This document shows, one piece after another, positions 14,642 through 27,215 of a stretch of 64,000 bases of DNA (positions are counted from its first letter, which is position 1; each line of letters starts with the position of its first letter). A program made the position numbers and the translations under genes. A model generated the notes under the pieces. It had not been told where the DNA came from. It worked only from the letters and a program-made list of their open reading frames with translations, and ran no database searches. The stretch is taken from NCBI GenBank assembly GCA_033442325.1, contig JAWQFM010000010.1, forward strand, positions 1,796,187 to 1,860,186. The letters are read 5' to 3'. This stretch comes from Salpingoeca rosetta (taxonomy: Eukaryota > Protista > Choanoflagellata).

Positions 14642-15370
14642 CAGGTGGGAGAGAGGCAGACAGACAAAGACAGACAGAGACACATACACACACACAAATG
14701 CACGCCGTGCACCGTGCACTTCACACACCCTCACAACACTCACGAGCGAGTTGACAAACTCCTTGATGGAGTCCTCCGTGTAGGCGCCGCGAAGGACAGC
14801 AAACTTCTTCTTCTTGCTGTTAAAGGCAGCAAGGGCAGGGTAGCCAAAGCCGCCGACATCAAACGCGCGCTCCAGCGCTGGCTGCTGGCCACCAACGGCC
14901 CAGACCCAGCCAAAGGGGCGGGACTTGTAGCGCTCGGCAAGCGACGTCTGCACGGCGATGAGGTCGTTGCGGCCCGAAGCGCCCGTGTCCAGGATGTCCG
15001 GGAGGAAGGAGATGAAGCAAATCTGGTGGTCGGTGCAGTGGGAGGTGAACACGTCTTCGTCTGTGACCTGCTTCACCTCTGGTGGCGGCTTGTTGGCCTG
15101 GGCCAGGTTACGCGCAAACTGCACGATGGACGCGGCGTCGCGCTGTGACGTGTAGTCCTCCGCCTCTCCGCTCTTTGCACCACCAGGGAACACCTGCATA
15201 TCCGCACACGCACAGGGTTGGTGCAAGGGTGGCACGGTGGTGAGGAGAGATGAGTGTTGACAGATAGACAGACAGGCAGTCAGGGAGTCAACCCGAGACA
15301 GTAAAAGACAGTCAGTCGCACAAGGAGACAACAAATAAAACACACGCACACACACACACACACAGAGATG

Positions 15371-15401
<31 letters not shown>

Positions 15402-16379
15402 TGATGGTTGGATATCCGCGAACACCGTAGCGGCTTGCGAGCTGGGTGTGGACGGTGGCGTCAACCTGGCCCAGCTTCACCTCGCCCTTGAGCTCTGCAG
15501 CCGCCTTGGCCCACTCGGGCTTCAGCCGCTGGCAGTGGCCGCACCAGGGAGCAACAAAGGCAACCAGCCACGTGTCGTCGCTGCCAAGCACGTCCTTGTT
15601 GAAGCTGGACTCTGTGAGCTCCACAACAGCACCCTTGCCGCCAGAGCCAGAACCAGAGCCAGAGCCGGACGACGACTTGCTGCGCCGTGAGCCGCCGTTC
15701 AGGCGGGACGTCACCGTACTGCGCACTTCCTTGAGCGCCGCATCCACCAGCGCCTGCGCCGTGCGCGCACCTGCATGACATGTGTGATAGGGAAGAGGGA
15801 GCGAGGAAGGGGACGGGCGGGGAGTGCGAGAATTGGACAAGATGACCACAATCTCGAGACATTGGACCATGCAACAGCACGAAGGAAGGAACAGGACAAA
15901 AAGCGAAACTCGCGTGCGACTGCACACACGCACGCACACACGCACGCACGCACGCACGCAAGAACACAACCACGGGGCATGCGCTGACGTACCGTTGTAG
16001 TCACTGGGGGACTTCTTGTTGGCACCAAAGACCTTGATTGTGGGGAAGCCTTGGACGTTGTACGGGCCACCGAGAGACTGGTGCTTGGTCATGTCCACAG
16101 CGCCCATCTTCACCACGCCCTTGAGGGCCGTTGCGGCCTTGCTCCACTCCGGCGCCAGGCGTTGGCTGCATGCATGTGCGCATGTGGCAAGAGGGGGGGG
16201 GGGGGTGGGAGTGTTGGTTGAGATGTGAGAGATGTGGCATGTGGACGACCAAAAGGGAGGAGCTCAGCTTCAAGCGAGAAGGATGCCCAGGCGATGCATG
16301 AGCAAGTGCGACTCACCAGTGGCCACACCAAGGCGCTGCGCAAGCCAGCCAACACAAAGCAAGCAAGGCCAACGTGAAG

Positions 16380-16411
<32 letters not shown>

Positions 16412-16883
16412 GCATGACTATTGATAGCAACGCGAATGCAGGCCTGCAGCAACGCAGGCAGCGACGCGCGTACACGCACACACACAAACACACACACACG
16501 AATACGCACACACACATGAATACACATACACACATGAATACACACACACACACACGAATACACACACACACACACGAATACACATACACACACACGAATA
16601 CACATACACACATGAATACACACACACACACACGAATACACACACACACACGAAACACACACACACACACACACACACACACGAATACACATACACACAT
16701 GTTCACACACTGACCGTAGAATTCGACCATCCAAATGTCGTCACTGGACAGCATCTTGTTAAAGGAGGTGGGGTCAAGCTCAATCACGTCCGAGGCTGCG
16801 GCAGCCACGCGGCCCATGCTGGCCAGCGCCAGCACAGCCATGGTGGCCGCTGCAGCAACACCAACAGCGCCTGTCCTCATCAT
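14150..16883 (-). CDS. PDIA6: Protein disulfide-isomerase A6 (P5)
   Basis: Signal peptide, two thioredoxin domains each with APWCGHC, b-domain ([22 protein letters not shown]), acidic tail ending KDEL* at 14150. Confidence 0.95.
14520..14637. repeat. (GA)n microsatellite in PDIA6 intron
   Basis: Interrupted GA tracts read directly. Confidence 0.85.
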
Positions 16884-16959
16884 CTTCCCTAACTCGTCAG
16901 CGCTTCTCGTTGCTCTGTCTGTCGTTGTCTTGGTTGTCTTGGTTGTCTTGGTTAGTGGT

Positions 16960-16971
16960 TGACACGTCAGC
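16960..16971 (-). promoter_or_regulatory. Candidate bZIP/UPRE-like element (GCTGACGTGTCA) upstream of PDIA6
   Basis: ACGT-core motif resembling XBP1/Hac1/CREB3 sites, ~77 bp upstream of the ATG of an ER chaperone gene. Confidence 0.35.
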
Positions 16972-17295
16972 AACACAAACGACTCCTTCCTTCCTTCCTG
17001 CAGTTTCTTGCTGTTGTGTTTTCTTGTGTTGTCGTTTATCGTGGCGGGGAAGCAAAGGCTGGCTGGGTGCGAGGCGTGCATGGCAACACACACCGCCACC
17101 AGCAAGCAAGTAAGCAGGCAAGCAAGCAAGGGTATTGTAAAGGTTTTACAAGCGAGCAAGCACAGGAAGCAAACGGTGGTCATGAAAAGGGGGGAATGAA
17201 CAAAGAAAGGAAGGAACAAGGGGGGTGGAAGGGTAAAGGTAAGCTTGTTGGGAGAGCAGGAAAAAGGACGGTCCAGCAGCCCCCATTCATTGGGT

Positions 17296-18298
17296 TTAGT
17301 CCTTGAGCTCCTTGTGGCGGGCCTTGCCCTCCATGCCGAGGCGGACCTGGATGTTGGAGAGAGCGAGGCTGCCGCTCTCGAAGATGGGGTCCATGCCGGC
17401 ACGGAAGAACGCGCGCCACGACGGGGCCAGGGATGCAATGAGCAGGAACATGAGCTGGTTGAACGGGCCAGCCATGTATGTGTACATGAAGCGAGCCATG
17501 CCCATGAAGAAGCCCACGGTGATGGCCGCCAAAAAGCCGAGGAACAAGGAGAAGATGATGTGGATGGCATCGCTCATGCCTTCGTACAGGATCCTGTTGA
17601 GCTTGCGCACGCTCTCCAGAGCAGGGCCAGGCTTGGACACCTCAGGAAAGGAATCATCAAACTCAATCTGGGGGGGGGGGGAGAGTAGGTGGGGGAGGGG
17701 GATTGGACAAAAGCGAGCAACAACAACAACAACAACACGGTGAGATGCAACAATGGTTGTTAGCAAGGCGAATGAAAGGACTGAAATGGGGGAGGGAGAA
17801 GGAGACGAGACAAACAGACAAACAGTGAAAGCCGGCAACATCCCACGCACGCAAGCACACACAAACACACACATGCACGCACACGCAAACACACAGAGAC
17901 ACACAAACACGCACGCACACGCAAACACACACGCACACGCAGACACACACGCAAACACACAAACACACCTTCAGGGTTGTGGTGTCGAGACGGTAGGCAT
18001 CGGAGACTTGGGAAATGGGGCCGAGATACTTGAGCTGGCGCTCAATGTACTTCTCCTCGGCCTCTGGATCGGATGGGGGCGGGGCTCCAAAGCCACCGGG
18101 CGTGAAGATGGTCGGATAGGTGGTGGTGGATGTTGGGGTGGGCCCCACATACGATGGCGCAGCGGCACGCGCCTGCTGCTGTTGCTGGTGGTTCACCGAG
18201 CTTGGAGGGGCGTAAGGGGGCGTCTGGTAGGAAGCGGTCGACGACGACGCGGCCTGAGATCCAGCCGTCAGTGGCGTGTTTTCCTTGTGGTACGACAT
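17296..18298 (-). CDS. CAV: Caveolin family protein (exons 18298-17969, 17667-17296)
   Basis: TTLK|IEFDDSFPE resembles the caveolin signature (VVKIDFEDVIAEP). Long hydrophobic intramembrane segment (IHIIFSLFLGFLAAITVGFFMGMARFMYTYMAGP). C-terminal DPIFESGSLALSNIQVRL matches CAV1 DPLFEAVGKIFSNVRINL. Confidence 0.85.
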
Positions 18299-18695
18299 GG
18301 TTGGTAGCGGCTGGTTGGAAAGTGTTCACAAAAAGCAAAAGGAACGCGGGGAACCTTGTTGTTGAAAGGTGTAAACGGTTGTATGTTATCACCCACAAAA
18401 CACTGCAAGCCGAAGCAGGGACACGCAAACGCGCACGGTGTGCTGTGAGTTGGCGGTGGGCAGGGCGGAGGAAGAGCAAAGGAAGGCAACACAACCCCAA
18501 GAAAACAAAGGCAGTGGCAGCACTGCTCCAGTGCAAGCACGGTTCTCACATACCTCAACAGCGATGGTGGCAGGTGCGGTTGTTGTTGTTGGTCGTTGGT
18601 GCCTGTGAAGATGGGGGGGAATGGATGGGAGAGCGCGTGAACACCCCCCAACGCAGGTGTCTTTCCAGCCGCAGCGAAAATTCGTCACGGGAGCT

Positions 18696-18739
18696 GATGA
18701 CTCATCGATGAGTCATTGCTGACTCATCGATGAGTCATC
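18696..18739. promoter_or_regulatory. 44-bp palindrome containing four AP-1 (TGAC/GTCA) sites
   Basis: GATGACTCATCGATGAGTCA-TTGC-TGACTCATCGATGAGTCATC: perfect 20-bp inverted arms with a 4-nt spacer, ~400 bp upstream of the caveolin ATG. The regulatory role is inferred. Confidence 0.55.
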
Positions 18740-20749
18740 GTGCTGAGCATAAACGTGCATCAGATTGGAATCGACAATTAAAAAGGTGGAACAACATCGA
18801 TATGCCGCCAAAGCTTTGAACGAATCATAGTTGTTGTTTCGCTTTGAGCTCTCTCTTGCTCTTGAGCTTTTGAGCGCAGGCTAGGCGATGCTTCTGTGCT
18901 TTCGTCTCTCGCTCTCTCGCTCTCTGGTTTCTCGCTCTCCTGTCTGCAGGTCTGCTCTCACTCTGCTCGGCTGAAAAGCTGTTGTTGAAGCCTGGCTAGG
19001 CTTTTCTCCACTGGTCACATGATGACGACTGGCAACTGCGTGCACCCTTGCACTCTTGCATGTGCATGTACCTTCGTAAGTGCAGATGTGATTATGTTTT
19101 TAGGATATCAGACCTGGAGGAAACCGAGTGATCACACACAGAGACATAGAGACAAAACAAAAGCCTAGCTCGAACAGGTTTGAAGAAGCACATCCCAACA
19201 CTTATCCAGTGCACAACCACCTCACCCACTCTACCCACAATGCACGCGCCAGCAGCAGGCAGCAAGGCAGCAGGTAACGACACACACAGGACACAGTTCC
19301 TGGCTCACTTTTACTCTCTCTGGCTGTGCTGTGCTGTGCTGTGCTGACATGCGGATGTCAGCACACACAAAAGGCAAAGGCAACCCGACTGGAACCGAAT
19401 AAGCATCCTCTTGCAGCCCTTGCAGCCTCGAACACTGGCTCTTGCTCTATCGTGCTTCATCGTGCGTTGGGGGTTTCCATGAGGCAAGCAGCAGCAGCCT
19501 CAAACACCAAACACCAAACACGCCACGACGCAAGGCAGCAGCGCAGCACAGCACGGATGTTCAGGAGTTTTTCTCACAACCAACACACACGTGCGCGCGA
19601 CACAGTGTGTTGGTTCGTTGACTTGCTGTGATTGTGCGAGGCAACTGGGCGAAAGCGGCAGCAAAAGCGGCAACAAAGCAGCAGGTGCCGTCTCACGACG
19701 CTGTCTTTGGCGGGCGCGGTGTTTCGTCTGGTTGGATTGGGTTTGACCTGCTGCAAACAAGGACACGAAGCAGGAGAATAGATAGAAGGAACAGACAGCA
19801 GAACCACAATCACAACGACTGTGACTGGGTTTTGATTCTCGCCTCTGTTTTCAGCTGTTTCTGCAAACCAACACACCACACACCACGTGTTGTTTCAGTT
19901 CACTGAAAACGCACGCCGGCACTGACGCAACACCGAAACGGCAGTTTGATTGCCCTCTCCTTGCTTCCTTGCCTTGCTTTTGCGCCCCAGCAGCAGCAGC
20001 AGCAGCAAGAAGGGAAGCATTGAAACGTGAATCTGCCTGCCTGCATGCAAGCAAAGAGCAACAAACACAGAACAAGCAACATATCGCACCACACACACAT
20101 GCAGATGCAATTGCAGGCAGAAAGGCAGAAGTCGTCCCCACTGACTGATGCGTTTCGTTTCCTGTCCTTCTTGCTTGCATCTTGCACAATGCAGCTGAGG
20201 TTTAGCCACATCTTCCATTGAAACGGCGCATGTCAAGCGAAGAAAGGCAACCAGCTTTTTTGCTTTTGCGGTTGCTTTGGTTTGGTTTCTTCTGCTGCTG
20301 CAAAGCAAACACCGCACCCACACAGCACCCCCACACACGTGTGTCGATTGATTGATCGATTGATTGAGTGTGTGTGACCTTACGTCAACTCACAACACGC
20401 CATTGCAACAAAACACAGCAGCACATCCAACACATCCAACGCCCTCCAACACATCCACGAAGCAAAAGCGAAACAGCAAACATCCACCACGCAAGCTGGC
20501 CCCACAATGTCACCACACCGCCCCCTCCTCGTGCCCCAACAACACCAGAACATCACCGCACCACGAACAGCAACCTGGGGGGCCACCCGCCGTGATGTGC
20601 TGATGCTTGCTGCATGATGGTGTTCATTTTCTCCGCGATCACCATCAACCTCAACATCACCACCCGCTCTCACAAGCATCCCTCGCAAGAAAGCGCCCGC
20701 ACCCCGCACCCCGCACCCGCACTTGCTGCACTGAACGCAAGGAACCCAG

Positions 20750-20788
<39 letters not shown>

Positions 20789-20989
20789 TGCGCCAATCAA
20801 TCAACGTTCTCAAGAGCACCACTCAACTCAAGAACACCACCGCCACCACAACAAGAAGCAAGCCAGGCTCAAAACAACACACCACCAGCCAGCCAGCCAG
20901 CAGCAGCAGCAACAACAACAACAACAACAACACCAACAACAGCGACAAGAGGAAAACAGCATCGCATTCTCAGCGCCAGCACAGCAAAG

Positions 20990-22144
20990 ATGATGATCAC
21001 CATGATGCCCTCATCTGCCGCCGACACCAACGCTCACGCGAACGTCAACACCAACAGCACCACCACCGGCACCAGCGCCAAGAAGGCGCCTCATCCAATC
21101 ATGACCAAGACCAGGTCTGCGCCACAGCTGCCGCGCCTGCAGCTGAACAAGCCACGGCCCATCTCCAGCCTGGCCCAGCGCCGCGGCTCCTGCGCAGCGC
21201 ACCTGGCCCTCCCCGTGTCCGCCATCAACAGCGTGCACAACGACGAGGACACAACCGAGGAGCACTACACCTCGGACAGCCTGGACGCCCTCTTTGAGGC
21301 CGCCACCCTCTCCAACCTCGCGTCCCCAGACGCTGGCGACGACGTCTTCGATAGCACCGACGACAGCACCAGCACCGCCACCACCACTTCCTCCTCTGTC
21401 ATGGCTGCGAGCGCGACCTCGTGCCGCCAACGCCAACAGCGCCGCCGCTTGCGCCAGCGCTACTTTGATCGCCACACCCACCTTGGCAGCCAGTGCGAGG
21501 ACGACATGATGATGCACGAGGAGGAAGAGGAGGAGGGGGAGGACGAGGGCGGCGACGTGTTTGCCGTTGGCTCGCCGGACTGGAACGAGGCACGGCTGGA
21601 GCGCATGTATTTGCTGCGCGGCCCGCTCTCCGCCAACACCACACAGCCCTGCACCACAGCCACCGTGTCTGCCAGTGACTGCATGGACACAGCCGGCGAG
21701 CCCGGCCAAGCCAGCTGTCCAGTGGACACACGCCACTACCAGCAAGAGCAACAGCTGCCACAGCAGCAGCCACAACAACAAGAACGACTGCGGTTGCATG
21801 ATGAGGCGTACACCTTGGGCAGCAGCAGCATTTCTGCCGCTACGGCCGATGACGACGACGGCGCCGACAAGTTTTCCTTCTCCGCACCCTTCACCCCCTG
21901 CTATGGCGCCAACTGCGTGGGTGGCGGCGAGGGCAGCAGCAGCAGCTGTGACTGCGGCTGGTTTGACGGGTACGACAGCGCAGAGTACAGCGACTTCCAC
22001 AACCAGCAGCAGCAAGAGCAGCAGCAGTACTTCTTCCATTACGGATGCCAGCACGGCAGCAACAGTGGCGGCGCCGGCAGCGATGCTGACGGCATGTTTG
22101 GCTTCCTCTACGCGCCCGGCGCATGGGCAGCGGATGCCACATAA
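20990..22144 (+). CDS. Hypothetical intronless, largely disordered protein (384 aa)
   Basis: Long ORF with coding-like GC3 codon usage, basic N-terminal part with RRGS, acidic and poly-Q tracts; no recognisable domain. Confidence 0.65.
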   Translation: MMITMMPSSAADTNAHANVNTNSTTTGTSAKKAPHPIMTKTRSAPQLPRLQLNKPRPISSLAQRRGSCAAHLALPVSAINSVHNDEDTTEEHYTSDSLDALFEAATLSNLASPDAGDDVFDSTDDSTSTATTTSSSVMAASATSCRQRQQRRRLRQRYFDRHTHLGSQCEDDMMMHEEEEEEGEDEGGDVFAVGSPDWNEARLERMYLLRGPLSANTTQPCTTATVSASDCMDTAGEPGQASCPVDTRHYQQEQQLPQQQPQQQERLRLHDEAYTLGSSSISAATADDDDGADKFSFSAPFTPCYGANCVGGGEGSSSSCDCGWFDGYDSAEYSDFHNQQQQEQQQYFFHYGCQHGSNSGGAGSDADGMFGFLYAPGAWAADAT

Positions 22145-22851
22145 CCGCCAAGAAACCAAGTAGCAGCAGCGACACGCGATTCTCGCGAGGCAACATGCCC
22201 TCCTCACCCGCCATCGGGTACAGGGCTCTGGCTCTGTAGGCACGGGTGTGCGCACCGCAGGCCACAGCCATCGCGCCCTTGGTGGTGGCGAATGCACTCA
22301 CTGATGGTAGAAGACCTGATGGGTGTTGGCCATTGCCAGATGGCCGCAGCTCCGCCACACGCTACGGCTTGGAGAAGCCTCAACGCTCACGGACGCAGAG
22401 GCACATGCACACAACGAGCACACGACGACGAGCACCAAGAGAAGCAAGCAGGCAGGCGCAACAGGAGATAAAACGGCCGTCGTGTGTTTACTTTTGCATT
22501 CACACACGCACACATGCGCGCCGTCTTTCAATGCTTCTGCAACTGCCACTGCAGACAGTGCAATGTGTGAACTGATGAGCTTAGTTATTGTAATGAAGTG
22601 GCTGACCATTTCTCTTTCTGTTAGTCTCTGCTTTCACTATTCTCTAGCTTCTTCTTCTCGCTTTCTTGCTCGGTTGACCAGCAATTAGACACAGCGACAA
22701 CCTCAAACAATCTCGCAAGCAACATGCACCATGGCAAGCAAGCAACACACGACACACTCTCTGATGGCTGTGTGGTGGCGACTGAATGATGCAGATGGTT
22801 TTCCATAATTTCAAACACTTTTCGGATTGTTTGTATTTGTGGTGGTGGACG

Positions 22852-25355
22852 ATGGTGCGACTGGTTCAGTGGGTTGTGGCGGCTGTGGTGGCGGTGTCGG
22901 TGGCTGCTACGGCGGTGCAGGGCGATGGAGCCCTGCACGATCCAGCATGGCGTCGCGTGAACCAGTCCGACTGCCCATACGATGACACCGGCGACAGCTG
23001 CACGGTAGCTACCCCTCCTTCATACGTGCAGCGATACATTCTCGAGCAGCTACGATTGCTTCGCAAAGCCATAGTTTGCCCTCACAACATATGGATGGCT
23101 GCATTGCGCGTCACTTTCGCGCTTGTGGTGTTTGCGGTGCTTGTGTATGTTTGTGGTGTGTTTGTATGTGTCTGTATGTGCCTGTATGTGTTTGTATGTG
23201 TTCCGTGGTGTTTGTTCATGGACAGGGTGCGACGGTGGAAGGCTGCAAGGTGAAGTGCGCTGCAGATCCAGCCTGTGGCGGATTCAACTATCCCCACGGG
23301 ATCATGAAAAAGACGGATTGCTCCGCACACATCTCCACATCTCCAACCGTGGACCTCTACCTGCTCGTGGTGCGTGTTGCCCAGCATGTTGAGAACTTGG
23401 CTGCCCTTGAAACATCATATCATGTCACATCACACGGCATGCCTCGCAATCACACACACCCACACCCACACACACACACACGCACACACACACACACACG
23501 CACACACACACACATACGCACACACATACACATACACACGCACATACGCACACACGCACCTGTGCAGAAAGACATCAGTGTCAACTGGCCTCCAATCTGG
23601 CCCATGCCCAAGTCGTACACCAATGGAACTACAAATCTCAAGGTGAGAGGAGCCTCAGCTTGTGTCCGACTGTCGCCTGTCATCGTGCAGTTGCGATCCC
23701 ATTGCCCAGCTCTCAACATGCTTGCTTCGTGGCATGATATGACAGGTGGACGGATCCAAGTTTGGCTTCTTCACCACTACGCCGAGTGCCGATTTGACTG
23801 CGGCGTTCTCGCGGTTCCGTCCGCTCTTCTTCCCGCACCGCACAAGCGCCTCTCCTGCTGGCGCAACGCGCGGCGTTGACGTCACCGTGCACAACTCGAG
23901 TGTGCCGCTGCAGCTGTATGCGGATGAGAGCTACACCCTCAGCGTTCCTGCAGATGGCGGCAACATCTCGCTCACTGCCAATACCGTGTACGGTGCGTAT
24001 CACGGCCTGCAGACACTCTCCCAGCTCATCTCCTTTGACTTTACTCAACAGGTGCGAGCATTTGAATCGAGCATAGAACGTTGCTTGTGCGTTTGTGTAT
24101 GTACGTGTGCGTGTGTGTGCGGGTGTGTTTGCTGTGCGATGTGCGCTGCGTGCGTTGCGTGCAGCATGCGCGTGTTTGTGTCCGCACATGTGAACGTTTG
24201 TAGCTATCAGCGCGGCAGTGACTCCAGCAACGTGTCGTTGGTGTGTTGCGTCAGGAGTATGTGATCCCTGGTGCTCCGTGGAAGATCAGCGACGCCCCTC
24301 GCTTCCCGCACCGGGAAGTCCTCATCGACTCCTCGCGCCACTTTGAGCCAGGTGCGCACGATTGCATGTGGGGTTTCGCTCCACCACTAAGTGGTGTTGC
24401 TGCACTTGCCACTGCTCATCCTTTCTCTCTGCGTCTGTCTGTGTGTGTATGTCTGTGTGTGTGTGTGTCTGTATGTGTGTGTGTGTGTGTGCGTGCGTGC
24501 GTGTGTGTCGCTCACCCACTCACCCACTCGCTCTCTCTTTGGGTCGCGTTGTTCCCGGACTGCGTCCGCTCATATCAGTGGAAACAATCAAAGACGTGAT
24601 CACGTCCCTGACGTATGCCAAGATCAACACTGTGCACTGGCATTTGGTGGACAGCCAATCGTTCCCTTTCATCAGGTGGGCGTAGACATGCACGACCGCT
24701 TTGCAATGCTTCTTATCCATCGTGCAAATCAACCAAGCCATCAACCATCACCATTCACCAAGACAAGCAGCTGCTTGTCCGTTTGTCCTTGTTTTGTGCT
24801 CTGACGATGGGCATTGCATAATCACACCCCAGATGAGGTCGTTGTTCATGTTTTTTTTTTTTTTGTTTTTGCACACCCCTGCTGCTTTATGATGTGCATG
24901 TTGTGTCTGTCCCAGTCCAACGTACCCTGACCTTGCAGGCAAAGGGTCCTACTCGCTGCAAGAGCGGTACACGGTTGATGACGTTGCCGATGTTGTGGAG
25001 TTTGCGCGTCAGCGCGGTGTCCGTGTTGTCGTCGAAATTGACACCCCAGGTGAGTGCTGGCACGCGTCTCATGAAGCACGTACACGAGACTTAATAGCAC
25101 CTCTGTGTGCGTGCGTGCGTGTGTGTGTGTGTGTGTGTGTGCGTGCGTGCGTGCGTGTGTGTGTTAATTGTTGATCACTCACTGCGTCACATGTTGGACC
25201 GACAATGCCCACCCCGGCCCCTCTCTTACATTGCAGGTCACGCTGCGAGCTGGTGCGCTGGCCACCCGGAGATATGCCCGAGTGCCCAGTGCCAGGAGCC
25301 ACTCAACCCGGCCACCAACACAACCTTCAACCTCATCGCCGGCCTCTTCAAGGTG

Positions 25356-25451
<96 letters not shown>

Positions 25452-25927
25452 CATCGGTCGGCACTGCAGCTCATCGCTCTTCTCAACTCAACATTGTGTG
25501 GCACCAATCGTTGATCGGCGCCCGTACTTGCGCCTCATCACCACTGTGACCGCCATGTCTCGATCTCTGTATGGCAGGACCTGACCGGCGGCGCTCGCGG
25601 CAGTGGACTGTTCCCAGACAATCTGATGCATCTTGGAGGCGATGAAGTCAACACCAAGTGCTGGTCCGAGTCCCCCACGATCAGCAAGTGGATGCAGGAC
25701 CACGGCCTGACGCCAGATGGCGCATACGCGTACTTTGTCAACCGAACGCAGGTGCAGCGCCAACCATGGCCTGAAGGATGGGGTCACTCGTGCAGGGCTG
25801 GGGTTATAGAGTAGTTGTATCATTGCCATGTGTTCGTGTATGCGAATGGTCTTTCTGATCCTCTGCAACACACGCCTTGTATCCCTCCCTCTCTCCCTGG
25901 CTGTCTGTCTGTCTGTCTGTCTGTCTA

Positions 25928-25986
<59 letters not shown>

Positions 25987-27215
25987 CCCCCCCCACACAC
26001 ACCATGCAGGCGATTGCGCGCGGGTACGGGCGGGACGTGATTGGCTGGGAGGAGATCTGGGACCACTTTGGAACGTCGCTCGACAAGAGCACCATCATCC
26101 ACCAGTGGCTGCCCAAATCCTCCATCGCCATCAACGCCACCAAGGCCGGCTACCGTGTGCTGTGGAGCACAGATGGCGCGTGGTATCTTGATGGTCTGTC
26201 GGTGACCTGGCAGGAAATGTACGAACAGGAGCCCTGCACGGGCATTGACGATCACCTGTGCGACACCCTCGTCCTCGGCGGTGCGTATGCGGATCCGTGT
26301 ATGAGCATGCGAAAATTTGTGTGTGTACGTATGTGAATATGTGTACACGTGTGTGTATGTGTATGTGTATGTGTGTGTATGAGAATGTTTGTGTGTGTGT
26401 GTGTGTGTATGCGTGTGTGTGTGTATGAGAATGTGTGGGTGTGTGTGTTTGTGCGTGTGTATGTGTATGCTGATCATGTTTGCCGCAGTTGCACGTTGTT
26501 CTTGTTTTTGTGGGGCGCTTCCAGCTCGCTTCTTGTTTGTTCCGTGCCATAGCCACATTGCCCTCACACCCACCTCCAACAACCACATAATGCCGTCACG
26601 GCACCATCCCAACACCCTGCATACCCCATGCATCAGGCGGCGGGTGCATGTGGGGCGAGACGGTCGACACCTCCGACATCCAGCAGACGATTTGGCCGCG
26701 AATGGCTGCAATCGCCGAGCGCCTGTGGTCGCCACGCTCCGTCATAAGCGCTGCACAGGGTGAGCGTGCTTGCAGGCATTGTCGAGGATGGGGGCAAGGA
26801 AGTGAATGCTCTTGGCGTACGTTTGTGCTAGCTCGTGCGCGCGAATTTGTTCCAGCTGTACAAAATGAATGCGCGTGTTGCGTGTTTGTGATGCGGGCAC
26901 CATGGATCAACCACCACCACCACCACCACCACCACCAGTGCCAACGTCATCAGTACCGACGTCATCATGTCACATCACTAGTCCGCAACGCACCATGCAC
27001 ACTTCCTTGCCTCTCTCTCTCTCACGCACAATCTTCCGTCATGGTGTGCCACAATCGCCGTCATCGCAAATCCCCATCCCTCTTTCCTTGCAGCCGATGC
27101 GCGCTTCCGCTCCTTCCGCTGTCTGCTCAACCGTCGCGGCATTGCTGCTGCCCCAGCCAACAATCCAACTGCCAGAGAGGCACCACCTCACCCTGGTGGC
27201 TGTCTCGAACAGTGA
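22852..27215 (+). CDS. Beta-N-acetylhexosaminidase (GH20) with signal peptide and N-terminal Cys-rich PAN/apple-like module
   Basis: IWPMP, ADESYTLSV, GAYHGLQTLSQL, DAPRFPHREVLIDSSRHF, VHWHLVDSQSFP, EIDTPGHAASW, catalytic HLGGDEV, WEE, WYLD, MWGETVD, IWPRMAAIAERLWS; ends PGGCLEQ*. Confidence 0.93.

Noticed and set aside
19019-19130. ATGATGA as a C box of a C/D snoRNA
   Set aside because: No properly placed CTGA D box or terminal stem found.
18995-19169. 11-bp inverted repeat GCTAGGCTTTT / AAAAGCCTAGC as possible MITE ends
   Set aside because: Short, no target-site duplication seen, no second copy in the window.
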